From Camelus dromedarius (lineage: Eukaryota), in NCBI RefSeq assembly GCF_036321535.1, contig NC_087436.1:108874001-108938000 (forward strand): a stretch of 64,000 bases of DNA, written 5' to 3'. The number at the start of each line of letters is the position of its first letter. Position 1 is the first letter of the stretch. A model generated the notes under the pieces. It saw only the letters and a list, made by a program, of their open reading frames with translations. It had not been told where the DNA came from and did no database searches. The translations under genes were made by a program, and so were the position numbers. Positions 53,744 through 64,000 of the stretch are shown piece by piece.

Positions 53744-54286
53744 TGAGACAGGAGGGAAGGGGGCAGGGCACAGCCATTCAGGGAGGGACAGCAATTAACA
53801 CCAAAATGGTGGAAGATTCAACTCCCAGGAGGCCTTGAGGATTAAGATGGTGGTAAGTTTGATTTCTAGCAGGCCTTGTGCTTCATTATATGCTCATTGT
53901 AACACATCAGCGTGCTAAATAACATGCCCACAGGCGCCATGACAGTCCCAAGGCTAACCACAAAAGGTCAAAGAGTGGGTGGTGGCCCACTTCCTGGGAA
54001 CCCCAGCCCCTTCCCCAGGGTAGTTGGAAGAGCCCTCCCCCTTGTAGGCGGGTGAAGCTACTGAGCCCATAAAAACTGGCAACACCACGCCTCATGGCCT
54101 TTCTCTTGCCTTATGAAACAGCCTACACTCTATGCAGTATGTATCTCTCTAAATAAACCTACCTTTACTCAGCTGTGGCTCACTCCTGAATTCTCTCCTG
54201 CATGAAGCCAAGGACCTACACTTGGTCTCAATGGAGACCTAGGACATGGCCCTCCTCACGTCCCACATCCATTTTTTCCTGCAGCA
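53744..54286 (+). mobile_element. MER41-like ERV1 solo LTR, copy 2
   Basis: TG...CA, near-TSD ACTT/GCTT, CATAAAA box (~54068), AATAAA at 54152, gcgccatgacagt motif shared with MER41 as recalled. Confidence 0.75.
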
Positions 54287-54560
54287 GCTTTATCTCCTAC
54301 CACTTCTAACCTCAGCACACCAACTTTCACCACACCTCCCTCCCACTTCCGATGGGCTTAGCCAGATGGTTCCTGGGGTGTCTTAGCCCATCTGTAGAAG
54401 AAATTAAAAATACAGTTCTAGGATCTCTCAGGTGGATGGGTCCAAGAAAAAAGTGGAACTATTACCAACATACACATCTCGGTTCTGAAGTACAGAGCAT
54501 CCACAGGGAGAAGTCCCAGCTTCAGGTATCCCAGCCAGGACCTTAATCTTTACATCAGCA

Positions 54561-54990
54561 TGTGCAGGAAAGGAGTAACTTTGCATAAAGAAAGGTTTGG
54601 ACCTTGCTCCTGGATGGAAACTGCTAAGCTCTTGGAATATCCTGCCAGATGAGAGTGTTGTTTACCTGGGGCCTTGGGCCACACAGACAGTCAATGCCAA
54701 CAGTGTGACTTACAGTGGGGCCTTGGGCCACAAGGAATCAGTTCAATTCCAGAGAGACTGGAGACTAAGGTCAACAGGGGGACAGGCAGTGATGCCATGA
54801 CAAACTGCAGTGAGAACCCTGGACACCCAGGCTTAAGCGAGCTTCTGCGCACCTCCTCCCTTTGCCGATTTTAATCTGTCCTTTCATTGTGATAAAATGT
54901 AACAGTGAATAATAGCTTTTCTGAGTTTCATAAGTCCTTTCAGCAAATTGTTCAGCCTAAGGGTGGTCTTGGTGACCTCCTGAACTGCAC
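54561..54990 (+). mobile_element. MER68/MER77-like ERVL LTR
   Basis: tgtgcaggaaaggagtaac start; internal repeat ggggccttgggccac x2; tttgccgattttaatctgt; ctttcagcaaattg. Confidence 0.65.
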
Positions 54991-55485
54991 AGTGCCCCCA
55001 ATACATGTTTGTGATAGTGTTAAACTACCCCTAACGGGAAAACGTCTCATCCTGAATGTTACTTACAGACTCACTAAAACTTACAATGTAAAACAAAGAA
55101 AAAGGAAAAAAAAAGGTGAAAAACAGCTTTGGCAATATCCAATTACACACGAATACGTATAAGCTCTGCTTACAATTCACAGCTAATCAGCTCGGGTATG
55201 GTATCATTACACTGTTCATTAATTTTTGTCCATTCAACTCTTCCTTACTTTTATTTTTACTTCTGCTTATTATTATTACAACTCTAAATTTTGCTCATGT
55301 ACATGAGTTCATTTAAAAAAAAAGTAAAGAGAATACTGTCCACTAGTAAAAATGTTCTATGAACAACTAGGTCTGACATCTATATTTTTTGGTTAGGATG
55401 ATGAGGTTTTTTTTTTTTTATTTTGAATCATTTTAATGATTAACTGGAAGCCATTACAGCACGAAGAAATACATATACACACTCA

Positions 55486-55749
<264 letters not shown>

Positions 55750-56081
55750 TCAACCAAACACAGAATTTTAGAAATAACCTTTAGCACAGGTCACCCAGAA
55801 GCAAATAACCAATTTTCAGCTTGACCGAAACATTAATTAAAATACATTGCAGCATACAGAAAGGCTGATTTGAAGTTCATTATTTTCTCTAATTACTCAA
55901 GATGTCCCTTTTTATCTTTAGTACATCCTCTAAAGGTGTCTTCCAGTAAGTAATCACCTGACCCTGAGTAACAGTGGCCTAATTCTGCACACACATCAAA
56001 ATCACAAGCAAAGAACAAATTTGCATATAATTTGGAGGAAAAAAAGACATATTATATTCTAAATGTACCATAAAAAGTCTA

Positions 56082-56261
<180 letters not shown>

Positions 56262-56444
56262 TTACTACCCGTTTAGTGATGCTAATGGCAAAAAAAAAAA
56301 AAAATCACTCCTTACTAGTGTAAGTGAGAATCAAGTTTTATTATCATTGTTTTCCTATTAGTGAAATGTAATTTCAGGAATTACAATTTCAGTTAAACTA
56401 AGAAATTGTGGAACATAGGACAAACGTGACAGGAAGGATCTCTA

Positions 56445-56640
56445 ACCAAAGAAAGAAGGAAAGGCAAAGAGTAACAAAAAAACGAAAGGAACAGGAAAAA
56501 ACAGAGGAGAAGCAAAGAAAAATAAAAGAAATAAAGAAAAAGAAACTAAATGAAAAAAGAGAAGAGAGAAAAAGAAGTGGGATGGGAGGGAGAAGAAAGG
56601 TAAACAAAAAGAAATAAAGAGAAGAAAAGGGAAAAAAACT
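56445..56640. repeat. A/G-rich low-complexity tract
   Basis: Strongly purine-rich run of about 195 bp; explains the spurious Lys/Glu-rich and Phe/Ser-rich ORFs. Confidence 0.85.
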
Positions 56641-58774
56641 CACCAGGGCACCAAAAACATGCCGTATATACTCCCAAACACTGCCTGAAATCACAGCAAA
56701 TTAGTCTAAAATGTATGTTCATAAACTCCACTTTATGAATGCATAATTACTGGACCCCCTACTTTTGGTGATTTTGCAACCTGCTTAATGAGTTTCTAAA
56801 ATACTACATTTCCCTCATATTTAAATACTAATAAGATATTTAGAAGACATATCTTATACTATGTTTAAAATGCATAGTAAAATTTCAAATGTCATTTTTA
56901 ACATCAGAAGGTCAAAAATACTAAAAAACCCCCAAACCTGGGTAACCCACTTCTCACTATGCCTTTCACCCTAAATGCATTAGGAACAATTAGACAGTAC
57001 TCTTTCGATTTAACCGATCGCTTTGAATCAGGATAAAAGACCCATCATGTTTTGTGCGTGAAAAGATAAAAACAAAGAAAGCAACAGCAATATTCCCTCA
57101 GCCTGACTAATTATTATCCGTGAACAAGGATAACCAGCCCCAGGCTCATGCCTAAAAATACTGCTTTTCAACCAATTTGTCCTTTAAACCAAACTATCTG
57201 CTTCCAAATGGGGATCAAACACTTCCTTTCCTAGATGCCATCATGCTTTTGAAAACTACGCTGCCAAGCACACTGGCACCACCTTGGAACATGGGCTCTG
57301 TGGTCTTAGGAGTGTCCCTATCCTGCTGATTTTAGAGATGAGGAATCTCAGGTCAAGAGGTGAAATGGATTTCAGCAGTGGTGGCTCTGTCACTACTTCC
57401 CCATTATTAAATGAGCAGGGGGGAAGGCTAAAACTTTACCCAGTACTGAAATAAAAGCACAGGAGTTTAGAAAATAGGTATTTAAAATAAACTAAGCTGA
57501 GAGCCCCAAATTAAAGCACTCCCCCTATTCTGTGATTAGCTAGAATATGCTTTCAAAGGTATCATAGTTTTGATTCATCTAAAAAACCGTATGTAAAAAG
57601 TTTAAAGTTTAAAAAAGAACTAGTGAAACATTAGAACATCTTTAGTTTTTAATACCAAGTTTAAAAGATTTTGATTCAAATTTAATTTCAAAATAGATTA
57701 CCCATAAAGACACACTGCTTATTATACCAAAATAATTCTGCAAGCTGAGGTATAAATTAGGAAAAGCTAAGACCTAAAATAACTTGGCAGTCTTCAGTAG
57801 TAACTACTGTGTCCATTTAAAAGATTAAATACACTTGGAAAACTAAAGGAGGAATTAGATATTCTAAGGATTAACTACAAATATGAAAATCTCAATCAGC
57901 AAAAGTATCTACTTTTTCTGCTCTGTTGCCACCTGGCCTCCCCACTGTTCTACAAGAAAAGCAAATGTTTTTTGTCTGAGTTTTTTCGCTGTCACATTTT
58001 TATTTAGATTACTTACTACTATATGACTTAACCTAGAGGCATTGCCTATTTAAATTAATAAATTTAAGCACGAATTGAAGGACTAGTTTAATAGCAACAA
58101 CAACGAAAATGATTCTTAACTCTTAAAGAAGTATCTAAAAGTTTAACTATAAGACAACTGGTTAATTCATTTCTCAACTTCTGACTCTATAAAGTTACAA
58201 ATAATGAAATTCACAGAAGATATCATTGACTCACTACAAGCTAGTATTCTGCCACCTTTTTTCCTGACACAAGTGTTAAACAATATAAAGGAATCTATCA
58301 GAGGTTTTCCTAAAATCCTCTACAAAAACCATCTCCATGATATTCTACTTCAAATGTACAAGTAGGCAAAAGTCCAGAGAATTCTCCGAAAGAATGTTTA
58401 GGTAGTTAACATCAGTTCCCTAAGAAGCATATCATGTTAAACGTGGCTGGTTCTATAAAAAGGGACCACTAGTCATTGTTATCTGATGCAGTATAAGTTT
58501 AAACACCGGATGTTCTCTTGATTTAACTAGTTCAATAGGATTCCAAGCACTTTTTAAGTAATTAAATATGAATATTTCATCCACTTATCTACAAATCCCC
58601 ATGCAGACTCATTTCATGTTTATAAAGCTGGTTAATCAGTTTCGAATAAACATATAACAATCATAATTAGTTCCTAAGGGAGCATGGTGTTTTAATATCT
58701 GTTGTTTGGCTTTTATTTCAAAAGTAAAGAATGAGATTTACTAATGAGTTACAAGATAACACTTAATGCAATTA

Positions 58775-58960
<186 letters not shown>

Positions 58961-60599
58961 TTAAGCAGTGATTATCTAAAATATACATATTCTTTCTAGA
59001 ACATAACCATATTAGAATTATTTTGTAATACGTAAAATACCATGACCTTAAATATTACAAAAGCATCCTATAAAGCAATAATATATACTTGTATTTATAA
59101 TCCTGCAAATTCATACTCTCTCAACAAAATTATTTGGTGGCAAAACTAAACAATTCCACATTTGTTAAGTCTACAGTTTTGGAGTTCAAGCATGTTGCTA
59201 TTTGCATCTTAATGCAAACGTTACATTTGATATGTTACAGTCATAATTATAACAAAATAGGTGAACTGTAGACAAACATATAGCAAGCATATCACAAAAT
59301 ACACAAACAAAATGTAATAATTAGAATTAATTTTTTAATAAGTAACATTATTTTTCAGATATAGATCATTTCACTCTAACGTGAATAATCTAAAGGCAAG
59401 CCAGGTTTTGTCCCTGTTAAAGAGAACACAGAGGCCAGGAAGGTGAGACGGCCATGCAGGGTGACTGAAGTGCTACCCCCTTGAATTAGAGCCACTGCTG
59501 CTGCTTCTTTTTTAATGGCCTTTATTGAGGCATAACTAACATGCAATAAAAGGACGTCGTTGTGAAGTGAAAAGGTTGGTAAGCTTTGATGTATGAATAC
59601 ATCCGTGGAACCATCATCACACTCGTGGCCATGAACTTATTCATCCCCCTCAGCTGTCACTTCACACTCCTTCTCCAATGTTCTCAATTTGACACCCTCT
59701 TTTGTGTAATTTTCATAATATCAAGAAGCCTCAGTAACATTGTTTTTTAGCAATAATAAATTGCTCAGAGGGAAGGAGGTATAAAAACCTTAAAAGAGTT
59801 TCAAGTACAAAATGGTAACAACAAGAAATTAAAGAATGCTTCCTGAGCTTATTTTTCACCCATAGTCCTTCAAATCTGAAAATAGCATTAAAAACTACAT
59901 TCCTTGAATTTTAGAACAACAGCAATAACAACAAAAAGAACGTTGTGATTCCACAACATCTACAATGAAAACAAAATTTTCTATTACCCAGAACAGGATA
60001 AAACTGGATACACTTAGAAGATGTTAACGTTTCTCAGTAGTGAAATCTTAAAATGATATCACTCTATTAGTAACCTGTATTGTTTTCTTTAAAATAGTTT
60101 TGATGTCTGTCCAGAAAGGTCGCAAGAACTATATCAAAACTAAACAAAACAGCTATATACATTCATTAAGAAATATAATTTCAATAAATATAAATTTGCG
60201 ATTTTTGAAATTTTGAACTTTTAAAATATAATTTCAAAAAATAATGAAGCAATTTCATTAAATGGTCAAATTCCAGTTCACAAACAAAAGAAAATTATTT
60301 ATTTGAAACTTGCCCAAGTCCATAAAGGCTAAAATCATTTCAGAAACTGGTTCATTCAATTTCTTAAATTATTTGTTGGTTTACGTGGATTTATCAGTAA
60401 TCCTACGTTGGAATTAAGATGATTTTCTTCAACAATGTCCCAGGATCTATACCAATCCAACAGCCAAAGTATGAGTAAGTCACCTTCATTCCAACCTCCC
60501 TAGTAAATAAAACTTTCAGTACATTTAAACTGAAGACTGTATTAATTTTACTCAATTTTTTTGAATAATATAGTCAGTTACGACTTGTATTGATTTTTA

Positions 60600-60701
<102 letters not shown>

Positions 60702-63012
60702 TTACTATCACCTCCACTTTGTGATATCTTACCAATTTTAATTCTGCTGAGGCTGGAGGCAAACGGACACCCTGACTTCCAAGCCACAGCGCTTGTATCC
60801 AGTGCATCATTCTACTCAGAAAGGTGGTGGAGAAACACGCTCAGTCCTCTCAATACTGAAACCACAACCACAGCAGCATTTTGTATATTCCCTTTTATCC
60901 TTGTTTCAGAAGACTTGAAGGTAGCAGAAACCATGTATAAAATAAACATGCTGTAGACAAATATTATTAAATATAAATACTATAAACAAACACAGCGAAG
61001 GTAACACACTCTTCCACCCCTCCCCATCTGTGACGTTTCAGGTGAGGGCTAAGTGGAGACAAGGTGTCACGTACAGAGCAAGGATGTTTGCTTTCACCCT
61101 CTAGCACATCTCTTACTTGTGCTCCACTCAAACATGAATAGTTGGATGGTCAGAGAACCTGTAGTTTCTCCAATCTGGTTTTAAGCTTCTATAAAAATCA
61201 AAGGCTGAGGATGAGCAGGGGTGATAGAGCAGAAGACAGAGCAAGACTCTCACCAACACATGCCCTGATGTGTCTGCCCGGATATGTAACTTCCCAACTG
61301 CCAGCTTTTCTATCTATTATTTTAAGAATAAATTAATTCTGTATGCACTCTCAAAGACAATTTAAAAGATGATCAATCATAGTAGCTATGCAAATCACAG
61401 CTTACATAACTTCAATATAACTGAATTGAGGCACAAAAAATTAAGTATTTTACTACATGGTTCTTTGAACATAATCAAATGAAACAGTTGTCTAAATTAC
61501 AAAATATAAACTTACTAACCTCTTTTAAAGATATAACTAGCTAAGAAAATTTTTTTAAGTCACATTCAGTAATTGAAAAATGTATTTAAATGTTTAAGTT
61601 TAACCCTTTTCCCTCTGGAAAAACACTTATGTTTTAAGTAAAGATACATATATGACATCTCGTTAAAATATGGTATTCTAATAGAAGATTAATGTATCTT
61701 AGCTCAATCCATGTTCTGGGTGACAAGTGACAGCAATACTAATGTTTCATTTATCTAATTATAATTTGTGCTGAGAAAAACGTAAGTTTTAAAAATTATG
61801 TTTAAGTAAGATACTTAAAATTTAGGCACATTAAAGCACAAAAATTTTAAGTGTATAAATCAGTGAGTTCTCAAAAAGTGAACACATCTGTGTAACAACA
61901 CTGAGGCGGAAACCCTGAACGTCACCAGTGCCCTAGAAGCCTCCGCAGCGTCTCCCCCCAGCGCCTACCCACCCCTCCCTGAAAGCTAACCACCATCCCG
62001 ACTTCCAACGGATTCGTCCTGGATTGGGAGCTTCTATATCTCTTTTCTAATATACCCTATTCTCAGGTCAAATCATTATTTCCCAAAGGCTTTCCTTAAT
62101 TTTTAATAAAATTTAAGAGTAGGGCCGCTCAATCCTACTACTTAAAGTTTTTTCTTAAAGAGAGGAAGAAAATTGAAGCGTCACCATAAATGCTCTCAAC
62201 TAAGTATGAGACAAGGAAGCACCGACAAGGAGGTATCAGGACATTCTTCAGGTGTTCGAGTTCCTTGACACTGAAACATACAGAAAGAAGCAAAGGAACA
62301 TACACGCTTAAACTATTTTCTAGTTTTCTTTTATAAAGTTAGACAATCTCCTTCCGCCTTTGGATAGTTCACTGCATCCTTTCCTAAGGAACTGCCAGAT
62401 TTTACCTGCCCTCAAAGTCCGCATCTCAGCCACTCTCATAGTCCCCTTTAAAGGCTGACACCATTATCATCTTACCCTCTGTAAGGCTGGTTACCATCTG
62501 GTGTTGCCACCCAAGTGTGTTCACTTTTTGGATAATCCACTGACCTAGAAACTCACAATTATGCACTTCTATGTTTGTTAAATGTGATTAAACTGCTGTG
62601 AGAAGGCAAAAGAAAGTGAGTACTGTGGTTAGGAATTCTGCTGGAGCTACTTTATACATCACAGAGAAATGGTCAGAGATCTTTATGCAACTATGAAAGC
62701 ATGTAATTCATCCTATGGCAATTGAATACAAGTTTATTCATTGATATTAGGAAGAATAATAACCATAGTGAATAAAAAAAAGAAAATGAATACATAATTG
62801 ACTTTAGACTCCACAAGAGTCATCTATGAATATGCTAGGATGTACCCAAACTGGTAATTTCTACTTTACCCCTCACTTCCACACTCACAACACTATCTCC
62901 ATTCTTCACCATGGTCATCATATGCCTTCCTTCACCACTAGCTTAAAACTGACAAACAAAAGGAACTTGGGAGAACACGCAGAATGGCTCAATAGAGTGT
63001 AAGTACCTATTA

Positions 63013-63420
<408 letters not shown>

Positions 63421-64000
63421 TCACCATTTTTGGGGAGGAGGATTCACTGACAATATAAAGACCAAACAGGACAGAGTAGGAAATACAGTAAAAGAACCAC
63501 TACAAAGGTACGGTATGGAGCAAAATATCTGAAAAGCCAATAAGAAAATATGAAATTGCATCAACTCCAATAATAATAAAAATATCAGAAATTAAAAACC
63601 ATCTGTAAGAAAGTGAGATGTATAAAAATATGCACTTTCCCATCCAAATTGTCAAAATACACATTTAGAAACTCACTGTAATCCTCTGGCTCTATTCAGA
63701 AAATACAGACTGATTTCTGGAAAAAGTGGTTGGCACATCCCCTACTGTCTCTGTCTTCTGTGGCCTCCATATTCCTAAAGCTCTAAATGCTAACATCAAG
63801 CCCTACTTTTCCAGTGACATAATGAACTCTCCACTAAATGCACCGTAAGTTTCTTAAACTGAACATAACCAAAACTGAGGTTACCACACTGAGGTTATGA
63901 ACCCCTTGTCACTCCAAGGTACCACCAGTTTTCTGGTCCCTTAGGCTGAAAAATTTGGGAACACTGATGTCTCCTTTTCCTCCACTTTCTATACTCAATG

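Noticed and set aside
52445..54286. The two related LTRs as 5' and 3' ends of one provirus
   Set aside because: Each has its own flanking duplication, they differ substantially, and the ~870 bp between them shows no recognisable primer-binding site or gag/pol remnants.
56398..56731. Lys/Glu-rich and Phe/Ser-rich ORFs
   Set aside because: Artefacts of a purine-rich low-complexity tract.

Overview
Mammalian genomic DNA, mostly intron and old interspersed repeats, holding two convergent (tail-to-tail) genes. On the + strand are the last six coding exons of KCNIP4 (KChIP4, an EF-hand Kv4 channel-interacting protein): 154 aa plus stop, with a 3'UTR to about 47.1 kb; its upstream exons lie outside the window. 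On the - strand is the complete coding sequence of PACRGL: 8 coding exons, 747 nt, 248 aa. All exons have GT-AG boundaries and join in frame. The rest is L1, L2, MIR, MaLR/ERVL/ERV LTRs, DNA-transposon MITEs and microsatellites; repeat family names come from recalled consensus motifs, not a database search. I recognised no Alu, rodent, ruminant, pig or carnivore SINEs, and the repeats look cetartiodactyl-like (possibly camelid; inference). I found no convincing new biological system. Best leads: head-on poly(A) signals of the two genes about 35 bp apart; a stop-free in-frame 120-nt PACRGL intron; two MER41-like LTRs with GAS-type motifs flanking a strong G-quadruplex; an unexplained ~275-bp insert inside a MER21 LTR; an inverted L1 fragment inside an L1; and a ~105-nt AG-exclusion zone at a PACRGL acceptor.
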